A program made the translations under genes and the position numbers. This document shows positions 28,473 to 38,380 of a stretch of 64,000 bases of DNA, piece by piece. Location of the stretch: NCBI GenBank assembly GCA_026416455.1, contig JAOAFE010000009.1, forward strand, positions 6,460 through 70,459. The letters are read 5' to 3'. The first letter of the stretch is position 1, and each line of letters begins with the position of its first letter. The notes under the pieces are model-generated. The model did no database searches and was not told the origin of the DNA. It worked only from the letters and a program-made list of their open reading frames with translations. This DNA comes from Syntrophales bacterium (GTDB taxonomy: Bacteria > Desulfobacterota > Syntrophia > Syntrophales > UBA8958).

Positions 28473-30986
28473 TTAGGTGCCCTGACCGATGAAGTGGAAT
28501 TGCGTGGGTGGTTTTGTCTTATCCTTTTTCACGGGTGCTATGGCGGCGGATGGCAGGTGAGGCCTGACGTAATACTCGTAAATGATACCGGCGGCAAGAA
28601 AACCAATGGATACGGTAATGAGAACGATCTTGAGCCATGCCCTTTTCTTCTCCCTTTTTTCTTCTTTAGTAACTTTGGGGACGTCCTCGTCGACGGATTT
28701 TCCTTTCCTCATCTCGCCTTCGGCGGGTATCTTTTCTTTCTTCGACCAGATTGTTTTTATGACCTTTGTCGGGCCCGTGAGTACCTTTTCTTTTATTTTC
28801 TTGCTTATAGGTGTCGGTTTTCGAGCTTGGTCAGAATAATAGTAGTAGTAGTAATCGTGGTAACCGAAATCAGGGCTAATTTCAGCCTTGAGACCGTTTA
28901 GGATGACGCCGATAATGTTCGCTCGGAGGTTTTCTAAAGATACTTTGGATCTCCGTAAAGCACCTCGGGCAATCTTACCTACCTGATAGACTATGACAGT
29001 ACCATCCACCCGAGAACTCCAGAGTGCGGCATCAGTTGCGGCCAGAACCGGCGGGGCATCGATTAGGATGATATCGTACTCCTCGCGTAGGGCGTTAAGG
29101 AATTCACTCGTTGACTTAGAATTTATAATCTCGGCGGGATTGGGGGCATGCGTGCCGCTGGTGATGATGTGCAGATTATCGAGACCTGGGGTTCTCATAA
29201 TCTCGTCCATAGAAAGCTTGCCCATCATAAGGTCAGTCACAGTACGTACAACCTGCCGCCATTCGTAATTGCCTAAGATTACGTCCGTAAATCCCGGCGC
29301 CTGTTCAATACCGAAGAGTCGTGATATGATGGGTTTCCTCAGGTCCCCATCTAATAGTAGTACCTTCTGTCCAATCTGGGCCATGGCTATGGCGAGATTG
29401 ACCACGATGGATGTTTTTCCCTCGCCGGGGGAGGAACTCGTAAAGAGTAAGGTTTTTAAATTGTTTTCCGTACAATGGAAATTGAGGCTGGTCCTCAAGG
29501 CCTTGTAGCTTTCAGCCAAGGTGGAGGCGGGCGCGAAATGGGTGGCTAATCTCGCATAGCGTCGGAGCCTTTCTTCGTTCAACTCGATGGAAGGATCTTC
29601 TTCCAGCAGGGCCTTTATTTCTTCCATACTCACGAAGGGTATTACCCCCATGACGTGCACGCCCAGAAAGTCTTCCACTTCTTCGATCGCGCCGATCGAA
29701 GTGTCAAACGTCTCTATGAGAAAGGCGAAAACAATGCCCAGAATAACACCGAGCAATGTACCCAGCAGGGTATTAGCCCCTACTCGGGGAGGATTGACGG
29801 GTCGCATAGGCTCAATTGCGGGTTTAACTATTTTCACCTCTTCTAGCTTCTCGGCTTCTGCAATCAAAGCTTCCTGATAACGTTTCTCCAGAAGGGTGTA
29901 CACTTCTCGGGCAATCGCCGCGTCTCTTTCTAGTCGTGTTAGTTCCAGGTTTTTTTGAGGAAGTTCTCTCAGTTTTTGATTGAGCTCGGAAAGCTGGCGT
30001 TTATAGATCTGGAGGTTCGCTCGCAGACTTCTTTCTTGGTTTTTCAAGTAGTTCTGCATGCTCGCGATGGTTTCGGCGATCTGTTTTTTGATGGCCTTGA
30101 TTTGGGGAAATTCATCTGTGTAGGTGAGAAGGAGGGTATCTCGTTCGAGGAGTAAATTGACTAGCCTTTCGTTCATGGCCTTATACGGGGGCGGTGCCTC
30201 GTCGAAGTAGAAGGCCAGCTTTGACGTCAAGGGGGCATCAATGGCTTCGTCGAGCATGCGGGAGGCAAAGGTGAGCTTCTGAAGAACGAGGGAGTCGTTA
30301 TCATAGAGGGCTTGGATGCGGTTTATCTGGGAAGAGAGAAAGGTAGTTTCTGCATCTAAGGTCGTCCATTTATTCTGCTCTCGGAATTTTTTTATTTCTT
30401 CTTCGGCCTTGGCCAGTCTTTCCTTGGCCAGGGCGAATTGGTTTTCCACGTACTTTTTCCCTTCTATGGTTCTCCTATTTAGGTCGAGAGTGTGCTGAGT
30501 TTGGTATATTTCTGTTAAGGCGTTGCAAAAATGGGCCGCAAACTTCGGGTCATTGGCCGTCACGTATATATCGATGAGGTCGCTGTTTCCCTTTTGCTCC
30601 GTTTGTACCCGGTTTTGCAGGTCCGTGATAATGTTTATGTATTGATAATTTTGCCGCACCTCTTCCGGCGATATGTCGGCTGGAATGAGCCCTAGTTTTT
30701 TAGCGGTCATCTCCAGAATATAATAACTCTTGATGAGGTAGGTTTGGGTCTCCATCGGGTTGGTGCCACTCATGATCTGCACCGTCGGTTGAATACCCGT
30801 GGGAGAGGTGATCTTTTCCACCTTTACCGTCGAGTAGGTCTGGTAGATGGGCACAGGTTTACCCAGAATGGAAGAGATAAAACTGAAGAGGGCCATGACC
30901 ACGATGGTAAAGATAATAACGAGTTTCCTTCGTTTTATGATTCTCCAGTATTCCCTTAGGTTTATATCGTATTTCAGCATGGGCAC
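28473..30986 (-). CDS. polysaccharide co-polymerase (Wzz domain) fused to a BY-type tyrosine autokinase, with an extra C-terminal tail
   Basis: N-terminal Wzz motif with TM helix, long coiled-coil periplasmic region, second TM. Walker A SSSPGEGKTS, Walker A' LLLDGDLRKP, Walker B DIILIDAPP. Tyrosine cluster YHDYYYYYYS. Confidence 0.85.
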   Translation of the reverse strand: MPMLKYDINLREYWRIIKRRKLVIIFTIVVMALFSFISSILGKPVPIYQTYSTVKVEKITSPTGIQPTVQIMSGTNPMETQTYLIKSYYILEMTAKKLGLIPADISPEEVRQNYQYINIITDLQNRVQTEQKGNSDLIDIYVTANDPKFAAHFCNALTEIYQTQHTLDLNRRTIEGKKYVENQFALAKERLAKAEEEIKKFREQNKWTTLDAETTFLSSQINRIQALYDNDSLVLQKLTFASRMLDEAIDAPLTSKLAFYFDEAPPPYKAMNERLVNLLLERDTLLLTYTDEFPQIKAIKKQIAETIASMQNYLKNQERSLRANLQIYKRQLSELNQKLRELPQKNLELTRLERDAAIAREVYTLLEKRYQEALIAEAEKLEEVKIVKPAIEPMRPVNPPRVGANTLLGTLLGVILGIVFAFLIETFDTSIGAIEEVEDFLGVHVMGVIPFVSMEEIKALLEEDPSIELNEERLRRYARLATHFAPASTLAESYKALRTSLNFHCTENNLKTLLFTSSSPGEGKTSIVVNLAIAMAQIGQKVLLLDGDLRKPIISRLFGIEQAPGFTDVILGNYEWRQVVRTVTDLMMGKLSMDEIMRTPGLDNLHIITSGTHAPNPAEIINSKSTSEFLNALREEYDIILIDAPPVLAATDAALWSSRVDGTVIVYQVGKIARGALRRSKVSLENLRANIIGVILNGLKAEISPDFGYHDYYYYYYSDQARKPTPISKKIKEKVLTGPTKVIKTIWSKKEKIPAEGEMRKGKSVDEDVPKVTKEEKREKKRAWLKIVLITVSIGFLAAGIIYEYYVRPHLPSAAIAPVKKDKTKPPTQFHFIGQGT

Positions 30987-30995
30987 CCGCCTTCC

Positions 30996-32213
30996 CTAAT
31001 ACCTGAGGTTATTGGGGCTGAAATAGGCATCACGATAAGAACCGGGTATGAGTAGGTAGTTGAGGAGTGGGGTCGTGTTGATAATAAATTCGTTGATGTC
31101 GCCAATAGTGGTGCGAGGAACGTAAATTACATCGCCACTCTTCAATTTTATGTTCTGCGAGAGGTCTCCCTGGTACACGATTTTGTTGTAATTGGCCGAG
31201 ATGATAACCGGTTTGCCTTGCCTCTCTCGGAATTCCCGGATGACCTTTATATCCGTTTTGACCGCCGTCGTGGTGAATCCACCAGCCATCGCAATGGCGG
31301 CCAGCAAATCTGGGGCATCTCTCAACCTAAGAATCCCTACGGCAGCGACTTGCCCTAAAACGTAAACTCGATCGGCAAAGTAAGGTTCGGGAGGTACGGT
31401 AATGACATCACCATCCTCGACGACGGGGTTTTGGGTTTCATCCCCGTAAAACATGGCATTGAGTAGATTTATCGTGTAGGTTTTTCCCTTTCGCAGAAGT
31501 TCCACCTTTGTTAGGTCTGCATTCTCCACCGGGAGCTGCGAACCGTAAAGGTAGGAGACATGAGGGGATGAATATTGTGCCCGACCTGTTATGGGGCCTC
31601 CCGCCCGGGATATCAGGTCGAGAACCGTGGTCTTGTTTGTTAGCACGTACCTTCCCGGGCCGGAATTTCCCGTGGGAAGGGTATTGATCTGTCCAAAAAG
31701 GGTAGCATATTTGCTCTTGTATTCCTTGACCTTGACCTCCACCCGAGGATCGCGGAAATATTTTTTTAATTGGGTGATGAGAATTTCGTGAATCTCACTT
31801 GTCGTAAGACCGGCGACGGGAATATCCGCTCCGTACATGTATGAGATCTTCCCATCGGGCCTTACTTCGAGGTCATAGTTGATTTGGCGGAATCCTTCAA
31901 AGGTTTGAGCCCCTCCTATCGCCGTCGACCAAAAGGTGATGGTGATAATGTCGCCCGGTCCTACTTTATATTCCGGAAACCCCCTCTTTTCCGTAAAAAC
32001 AGAGTTTTCTTTAACCCGGCTCATGCGGGCGACAGCTTCCTGGTTTTCCTTAATTTTGGCCGGGTCTTCTCGGTCTTTTGCCCCGTAAGTCTGTTCGTAT
32101 TCGCTAACCGGAATGCCCGCGTGTTCCATCATGCAGGCGCAAAGGAGGAAAATGAATAAAGTTACGATGGCGGTAGCAAGCACCGCTACCTTTTTTTCGG
32201 GAAGATCCTGCAT
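30996..32213 (-). CDS. polysaccharide export outer-membrane protein (Wza/EpsE-like)
   Basis: Signal/lipoprotein-like N-terminus. Poly_export motif EYKVGPGDIITITFW. Repeated SLBB-like segments (GDVITVPP, GDVIYVPR). Confidence 0.8.
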   Translation of the reverse strand: MQDLPEKKVAVLATAIVTLFIFLLCACMMEHAGIPVSEYEQTYGAKDREDPAKIKENQEAVARMSRVKENSVFTEKRGFPEYKVGPGDIITITFWSTAIGGAQTFEGFRQINYDLEVRPDGKISYMYGADIPVAGLTTSEIHEILITQLKKYFRDPRVEVKVKEYKSKYATLFGQINTLPTGNSGPGRYVLTNKTTVLDLISRAGGPITGRAQYSSPHVSYLYGSQLPVENADLTKVELLRKGKTYTINLLNAMFYGDETQNPVVEDGDVITVPPEPYFADRVYVLGQVAAVGILRLRDAPDLLAAIAMAGGFTTTAVKTDIKVIREFRERQGKPVIISANYNKIVYQGDLSQNIKLKSGDVIYVPRTTIGDINEFIINTTPLLNYLLIPGSYRDAYFSPNNLRY

Positions 32214-32353
32214 GTCAGATTTCCCCCTCGCCTAAGTATGATTTAATTTTAGATACCGCATAGATCTTTTTCGAGTCAAGACAAAATCAAAAGACGATCA
32301 TTTATAAATTCGATTGGCTTTTTTTATTTTGCGGCGTAATATTAAAAAAGCAT

Positions 32354-34579
32354 ATGGGACATGGAAAAAATAAAATTCGAAAGCCACCCTCTCCCGAAGG
32401 GTTTCGCAAGGCGCGGTGGATCAGAAGGAAACGATCTCTCATCGGGTTCTTCCTCTTTCTTTTCTTCATTCTGTTAGTCCTTTTCTTTGATTATTATATG
32501 GTTGTCATATCAAAGTTATTTTCGGCGCGCCCCTCGAGGGAAGTGGAAGAAAAGATGGGGCAATTTGTGCGCTTAAGTGAAAGGGAAAGGCGGGAGAAGC
32601 TGGATGAAATAAAGGCCCTTCTGGCCTCCGGACGGGTGGAAGAAGCGCGGGTCAATGTCCTAAAATATTTGGAAAGGGAAAAGACCGAAGAGGGAAATTT
32701 CCTGGCGGGGATGGTATCGATCCGCCAGGGAGATATTCACAGTGCCTATCGGTATCTAAAAGAAGCGCTTAGGTTAAATCCCGACTACTACGAAGCGAGG
32801 CAGCAATTGGCCGAGCTTTATCTCGCCGTGGGTAATTTTAAATCGGCCCTCGAAGAGACTTCTTTCTTAAAAAAGAGTGACAGTTTTAGAAATGAAGGAT
32901 TTTTAATTGAGGCGGAAATTTCCATTTTGGAGGGTAAACTGGAGGAAGCCGTCTCTAAAATAGAAACTGCCGTAGAAGAGGGGAAAAAGAGAGGGACGCT
33001 ACCGCCGGTATTACTGATCCATCAGGCCGGTATTTATGCAGCCCGTGGAAATTTACGTCGGGCGAAAGAAATAGTCGATACCGTTGATAGAAAGAAGTTA
33101 GATCCAACGGGCCATCTCGCCCTGGCGCGCTATTATAAGATAGCAAGGGAAGAAGAGAAAATCGCTCCTTTGTTAAAGGAAGCCATAGGTAGTTTCCCGG
33201 GTAACCCTGAGCTCCTCTATTACTATGCCCTGGAGCTTTTCCGGTTGGGGAATTATACGGAAGCGTCGGGAATATTTAAAAAAGTTTACGAGGTCATGCC
33301 GAATTCCCGCGTGGCAGCTTATCGGTATGGTCAGTCTTTACTCGCCTCGGGTCAATTGGATGAGGCGGGAAAAATAATCACCGAGATTCTGAAAAGGTCT
33401 CCTTCCGATATTCTGGGCTTAAGTCTCAAGGCGAGGCATCAACTCTTAAGAAAAGATACAAAGGGTGCGATCGACACCCTTAAGAAGACCATTGCCCTGG
33501 TTCCAGAGGCGCCCCGTCCCCATACCCTAATCGGGGAGATTTACTGGCATGAGGGCATCTTCTCTCTCGCCGAGAAGTACGCGAGAGCTGCCATCACATT
33601 GGGGGAAAAAAGCCTCTCGCCGCGTTTCATCCTGGGGGATATATACATGAAGCAGGGTAGATACAAGGAAGCTATCGACCACTACAGCTCGATTCTGGAG
33701 AGAGAGCCCCAAAATGTCATAGCCCTTTCTCAATTAACCGATGCTTATGCCAACGTAGGAAACGTAAAGCAGGCCGTTTTATATCTCGATAAAATTTTAC
33801 TTCATTATCCTCGCCTGGCGTGGATGGAGAGAAAAAAAGAACTCTTAATTCAGATGCAAAAGGGCCCCGTTGAGATGTTGGAGACGGCGCAAAAACATGC
33901 GGCGCAAAATCCTATGGATGCCCGAGCTCAGATGGCCTATGTCCAGGCGTTGATCCTGAACAACCGTTTGGATGAGGCCGTCTCCGTCCTTCAGGGAGCA
34001 CTAAAAAGAGAACCGCGAAACCAATGGTATTTAATAACTTTGGGGGACCTCCTCATAGCTCGTGGCAATGTTACCGAGGCGACAGACATATTTGATCGGG
34101 CCGTAAAATTGAATCCCAAAGATATTAATCTTCTCATTAATATAGGCGGGCGGTTTGAAAAAATAAATCTTGACAAAAAAGCAGAAGACCTCTACGTTAG
34201 AGCCTACGGGCAGGATAAGGAAAATCTCGTGGTTCTTAATCAACTCGCCTGGTTTTACGTGGAGGCGGTCGGTGATCTCGAGAAAGCGAGGCCTTACATT
34301 GAGATTCTCCGCCTGAAGGGAGAAGGGGCCTACGAGAAGGATACGATTGGATGGTATTATTACAAAAGGGATGATTTTAGTTCGGCCGAGGGTTTTTTCC
34401 GCGAGGCGTTACATTTGGATGGGGCAAATAATGTTATTCGGGCCCACTATGCGTTAACATTATATAAGTTGGGCAAGGTAAAGCAAGCGGAAGGGGAAAA
34501 GAACAAGGTAATATCGATCATGCCGGCGGGAAGGCTCCGGGAGGAACTAATAAAAGTCGCCGGGGAAGTGAGGAAGTGA
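32354..34579 (+). CDS. PEP-CTERM-system TPR-repeat protein (PrsT-like), copy 1
   Basis: 741 aa. Basic N-terminus plus a TM anchor, then TPR repeats throughout. Position next to the PEP-CTERM cargo and exosortase genes. Confidence 0.7.
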   Translation: MGHGKNKIRKPPSPEGFRKARWIRRKRSLIGFFLFLFFILLVLFFDYYMVVISKLFSARPSREVEEKMGQFVRLSERERREKLDEIKALLASGRVEEARVNVLKYLEREKTEEGNFLAGMVSIRQGDIHSAYRYLKEALRLNPDYYEARQQLAELYLAVGNFKSALEETSFLKKSDSFRNEGFLIEAEISILEGKLEEAVSKIETAVEEGKKRGTLPPVLLIHQAGIYAARGNLRRAKEIVDTVDRKKLDPTGHLALARYYKIAREEEKIAPLLKEAIGSFPGNPELLYYYALELFRLGNYTEASGIFKKVYEVMPNSRVAAYRYGQSLLASGQLDEAGKIITEILKRSPSDILGLSLKARHQLLRKDTKGAIDTLKKTIALVPEAPRPHTLIGEIYWHEGIFSLAEKYARAAITLGEKSLSPRFILGDIYMKQGRYKEAIDHYSSILEREPQNVIALSQLTDAYANVGNVKQAVLYLDKILLHYPRLAWMERKKELLIQMQKGPVEMLETAQKHAAQNPMDARAQMAYVQALILNNRLDEAVSVLQGALKREPRNQWYLITLGDLLIARGNVTEATDIFDRAVKLNPKDINLLINIGGRFEKINLDKKAEDLYVRAYGQDKENLVVLNQLAWFYVEAVGDLEKARPYIEILRLKGEGAYEKDTIGWYYYKRDDFSSAEGFFREALHLDGANNVIRAHYALTLYKLGKVKQAEGEKNKVISIMPAGRLREELIKVAGEVRK

Positions 34580-34580
34580 G

Positions 34581-35288
34581 ATGAACAAGCAAAAGTACAT
34601 AGTGTTTACCCTACTTTTTTTGGTTCTCATGACAGGTGGAGGCGTATCCAGCCTATGGGCAGTGCCGTACTATGAAGCGGGTTATGCGTCCGGAATTGGT
34701 GACCAAGCGATGAGATTTTTTTATGCGAGCGGTAACAAGAGGTTCGAGTTCAGATATCCCAATGAGGTAACGGGTCCTTCGGGAGATACGGTTGTAGGCT
34801 ATTATCAGCATATCTCTGGCGTTTACCAATTAAGTAGTCTTTTATCACCGGGCGTATATTCTTTAACTAAAGTGGGCGGTGGGGTAAGTACAATAAGCGT
34901 CGCGGATTACGATAAGAATAACACTTTTTTAACTGCCAGTTCTCTGGCGACGGAGATCAACTTTAACACCCATACTATCAGCTGGCAGGACGTAACGGGG
35001 TTGACGGTAAATAACACCATTGGCTCCCAGTCTTTGACCGATTTGGCATCTTCGGCCACCTATGCCTTTACCAGTTTTACCTTTCAGGCAATACAAAATG
35101 AAAGCAAGTGGTTATCGGGAGAAGATACGGGATTAAAATACACTACATATTACTCCAAACTTGAAGGGTTCCCCGCCGTACCGGAGCCGGCGACGTGGGT
35201 TTTGTTGATTATAGGTGTGGTGGGTTTAATTTTCTTCGCCTACCAGCGGGAGCATTTCTTCAAACATAAGGATGCCGTTGTGACCTAA
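34581..35288 (+). CDS. PEP-CTERM sorting-domain protein (putative exosortase substrate)
   Basis: Signal peptide MNKQKYIVFTLLFLVLMTGGGVSSLWA, an S/T/N-rich body, and C-terminal VPEPATWVLLIIGVVGLIFFAYQRE (PEP motif + TM + basic residues). Confidence 0.8.
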   Translation: MNKQKYIVFTLLFLVLMTGGGVSSLWAVPYYEAGYASGIGDQAMRFFYASGNKRFEFRYPNEVTGPSGDTVVGYYQHISGVYQLSSLLSPGVYSLTKVGGGVSTISVADYDKNNTFLTASSLATEINFNTHTISWQDVTGLTVNNTIGSQSLTDLASSATYAFTSFTFQAIQNESKWLSGEDTGLKYTTYYSKLEGFPAVPEPATWVLLIIGVVGLIFFAYQREHFFKHKDAVVT

Positions 35289-35311
35289 TGGGTGGTAAGT
35301 AGATCGAATAG

Positions 35312-35345
35312 AAGGGCGATTGATTTGTTTGATCGCCCTTTTTTT
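35312..35345 (+). terminator. intrinsic terminator after the PEP-CTERM gene
   Basis: Stem AAGGGCGAT / ATCGCCCTT (35312-35320 / 35332-35340) with an 11-nt loop, running into a T7 tract. Confidence 0.7.
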
Positions 35346-35363
35346 GTATGTGGGAGGAAGGGC

Positions 35364-37550
35364 ATGTCTACAGACTTACTAAAGGATGAGCATGAGGAAA
35401 GGGAAAAGAAGCGCAAAAAAAAGGTGGCTATCACTATTGCGGCGGCTGTTTTGTTGATGGGAGTGCTTCTCTTTTTCGATACCTTTTATCATCTCATCTC
35501 CACGGGCCACATAAGGAAGGGCTCCCTCCTCGATAAAATCGGCGGTCGCCTCTCGAAACTGAGTCCTCAAGAGGAGCAGGTGTTGATGGGGGAGGCAAAA
35601 AGGCTCTTCGATGAAGGGAAGGTAGATTTGGCCCGGGAGAAAATACTCAATCTCGTTCAACGATCACCTTCATCGGAGGCTCTATACTTAGCAGGGCTCA
35701 TCTATTTACGCCAGGGCAATGTGAAGGGTGCTTACGACTACTTGAGGGAATCGGTCAGGTTAAATCCGCAAAACTTATCGGCCCAAGAGAAATTGGGTGA
35801 GATTTTCGTTCTCATCGGTGATTACGCATCGGCAAAGAGGCAAGCCAGTATTTTGTTGGAAAAAGGGGGAAGTAAGGAAAACGCCTTGCTCTTGGAGGCA
35901 GAGATAGCTTTAAGAGAAGGTAGTCCTACCCTTGCTTTGAAAAAGGCCAGCGAGGCCTTAGCGGGGAGAAATCCCGGTGCGCAACAGCTAATTTTTGTAG
36001 CCAGTTTATATTGGCGCTTGGGAGAACTTTCGAAAGCGAAGGAAATTATAGGGTCTTTGCGACCTGAGGTGATGGATGCGGCATCACTTTTAGCCTTAGC
36101 GAGGTATTACACATATACGGGGGAGGATAAAAAGGCGGAGGAGATTTACACGAGCAGCATTGCTAAGTATTCTTCTTATCCGGAGATTCTTTACGACTAC
36201 GGACTGTTTCTCTTCGGGCGAAGAAGGTTTGCGGAAGCTTTGGACAATTTGGAAAAGGCGCATAAAGCGATGCCGGGAGCGGCTATCGTCACTTATCATC
36301 TAGGGCAGGCTGCCCTGGCGGCCAATAAAAAGGAGCGTGTAAAATCCATTACGGATGAGCTCTTTGAGCGTGATCCGCGTAGCGTTTTGGCGTGGCGCTT
36401 GAAGGGCGAGTATCACCTTGCACTCGGAGATCGGAGGGGTGCCATTGAGGCCTTCCAAAAAGTGGTTCAGTTCATTCCGGAGGCGGCTTATATTTATGCT
36501 GTGATGGCCGAACTTTACCTCAAGGAGGGAGAGTACGGGCTTGCAGAAAAATACGCGCGTCAGGCGGTCAATTTAGGGGAGAGATCTCCCGCCCCTCGCC
36601 TCGTGCTTGGAGACCTATACTACGGTCGAGGGAAATGGGAAGAAGCCAAACATTTCTACTACGAGGTATTAAAAGATCAACCCGCCCATCTAGCGGCCTT
36701 ACTCATGGCAGGAGACTGTGAGCTTAACTTAGGCAAACTGAACCAGGCCGAGGCCTTGTACCGTAAAGCCATGACCCTTTATCCCCAAGCCGGGTTCATT
36801 CAGGCGCGCTTAGCCAGATTAAAATTGGCCGCAGGAGATCGGCCCGGATCTCTAGCTTTGGCGCGTAGTTATTATGAAAAGCATCCCAAGGAAACGAAAG
36901 CCGTGACGGAATATGCCAATGCCTTGATCTTAAACGGTAAATTGGCCGAGGCAGAAAAGGTAATCGAGGACGCCATCAAGGTCAAACCGGATGAGGGACA
37001 TTTGCTTTTGGCAGCTGGAGATTTGCAATTATTGAAGGGGGATCAGGAGAAGGCTGTCCGTATTTACACCCGCGCGGAAGCCATTCCATCTCAAGATCCA
37101 AGTTTTATTATTAATATTGCGGCGCGATATGTGGCTATCGGTCGTAAAACAGAGGCACAGAGGGCTTATCTTCAAGCTTATCAGCGATTTCCTACAAACA
37201 TCCATGTGTTGAACGAGGTGGCCTGGTTTTTTGTCGATACCCTCGGTCAGCCGGATCGGGCGACGGAGATAATAGAGATTTTGAAAAAAAGAGGGGAGGG
37301 GGCAAACGAAAAAGATACGGTGGGTTGGTACTATTACCTGAAAGGCAACGACAAAATGGCAGAATACTATATCATGGAAGCGCGCAAGCTGGATCCTCAA
37401 AACCCTATTATTCATGCTCACTATGTGTTGATTTTGGACCGGACGGCGCGTCATAAAGAAGCGCGGGAAGAGGCGGTGAAGGTTCTTGAGAGGCTTCCCG
37501 CGGGAGAGTTGAAGACCCGTCTCCTTCAGATCGCCGCTCCCAAAAGTTAA
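35364..37550 (+). CDS. PEP-CTERM-system TPR-repeat protein (PrsT-like), copy 2
   Basis: Start set at ATG 35364 behind GGGAGGAAG, because the longer GTG ORF would run through the terminator. Collinear similarity to copy 1, e.g. EKDTVGWYYY.../EKDTIGWYYY... and LRESVRLNPQN/LKEALRLNPDY. Confidence 0.7.
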   Translation: MSTDLLKDEHEEREKKRKKKVAITIAAAVLLMGVLLFFDTFYHLISTGHIRKGSLLDKIGGRLSKLSPQEEQVLMGEAKRLFDEGKVDLAREKILNLVQRSPSSEALYLAGLIYLRQGNVKGAYDYLRESVRLNPQNLSAQEKLGEIFVLIGDYASAKRQASILLEKGGSKENALLLEAEIALREGSPTLALKKASEALAGRNPGAQQLIFVASLYWRLGELSKAKEIIGSLRPEVMDAASLLALARYYTYTGEDKKAEEIYTSSIAKYSSYPEILYDYGLFLFGRRRFAEALDNLEKAHKAMPGAAIVTYHLGQAALAANKKERVKSITDELFERDPRSVLAWRLKGEYHLALGDRRGAIEAFQKVVQFIPEAAYIYAVMAELYLKEGEYGLAEKYARQAVNLGERSPAPRLVLGDLYYGRGKWEEAKHFYYEVLKDQPAHLAALLMAGDCELNLGKLNQAEALYRKAMTLYPQAGFIQARLARLKLAAGDRPGSLALARSYYEKHPKETKAVTEYANALILNGKLAEAEKVIEDAIKVKPDEGHLLLAAGDLQLLKGDQEKAVRIYTRAEAIPSQDPSFIINIAARYVAIGRKTEAQRAYLQAYQRFPTNIHVLNEVAWFFVDTLGQPDRATEIIEILKKRGEGANEKDTVGWYYYLKGNDKMAEYYIMEARKLDPQNPIIHAHYVLILDRTARHKEAREEAVKVLERLPAGELKTRLLQIAAPKS

Positions 37551-38380
37551 TGGCACAGGCTAAAGTTTATCTATTCATTACCGCCTTTTTTTTCGCCTAT
37601 TATCCGGTTATCTACGATTTAAGGGACGCCGTGCTAACGAACGAACTAGCTCATCATGCACCACTCGTTATGCTGCTTGCCGGTTACCTCGCTTATAATA
37701 GACGGGATAGAATCCGTGAGCTCTTGGCCTCATCTCTAACGAAGGATAAGGGTTACTGGATACTTACCGGTTTGGGGCTCAACCTCATGGGGCAGGCAGG
37801 TGGAATTTACTATCTCTCCCAACTGTCCATTCCCATCACTATTTACGGCTCCCTTAGTTATCTTGTGGGAAAAGGTGTGGCAAAATTCCTCTTACCCGTA
37901 CTTTTGTTTCTCTGTTTGGCTTTCCCTATTCCGGGGAAAGTTTACATTAGTTTGGTGTTCCCGCTAAAGCTGTTCGTCACATCGGTGTCCGGTTTTTTAC
38001 TTTCTTTAATCGGTTTTCCTGTCCGAGTACATGGGAATGTGATTGAGCTTCCCACAATGGCTTTGGGGGTAGATGATGCCTGTTCTGGTTTGAGCTCCCT
38101 TATGGCGATGGTGACACTGGCCTTTTTTTGTGGGCTTTATCTACTCAAGACGTGGGTGTCGAGGTTAATTATGCTCGTCGTCACCGTTCCGGCCGTGATT
38201 TTAGCCAATATCTTCCGGGTGACTATGAGTGTCATCCTCTCATGGAAGTGGGGGACGTGGGTGCTAGATGGGACCTATCATTTACTGTGGGGGATATTTG
38301 TTTTTGTCGTATCTGTCATCATCCTCTTTTTCGCTATGATAGGACTCACCAGATGGGAAAAAACTGGGAAAGGCTCATGA
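37550..38380 (+). CDS. exosortase (EpsH/Xrt family transpeptidase)
   Basis: 276-aa polytopic membrane protein carrying the exosortase signature residues: DDACSGLSSL (Cys), ANIFRV (Arg), YHLLWG (His). Confidence 0.8.
   Translation: MAQAKVYLFITAFFFAYYPVIYDLRDAVLTNELAHHAPLVMLLAGYLAYNRRDRIRELLASSLTKDKGYWILTGLGLNLMGQAGGIYYLSQLSIPITIYGSLSYLVGKGVAKFLLPVLLFLCLAFPIPGKVYISLVFPLKLFVTSVSGFLLSLIGFPVRVHGNVIELPTMALGVDDACSGLSSLMAMVTLAFFCGLYLLKTWVSRLIMLVVTVPAVILANIFRVTMSVILSWKWGTWVLDGTYHLLWGIFVFVVSVIILFFAMIGLTRWEKTGKGS

Noticed and set aside
32315-32332. A TGGC...TTTGC string upstream of the first PrsT-like gene that looks like a sigma-54 promoter.
   Set aside because: The GG-to-GC distance is 15 nt, whereas functional -24/-12 promoters require 12 nt. 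The spacing is wrong.
38128-38376. Upstream extensions of ORF-track entries overlapping the preceding gene: EpsI 38128, DUF2939-like 41262, DUF488 2493, transglutaminase-like 13882, GT4 24534, PrsT-2 35292 and kdsC 57849.
   Set aside because: In every case an internal start gives a sensible N-terminus (signal peptide, TM anchor or family-typical start). Each also has a Shine-Dalgarno or a stop/start overlap with the upstream gene. The extensions would overlap neighbours or run through a terminator.
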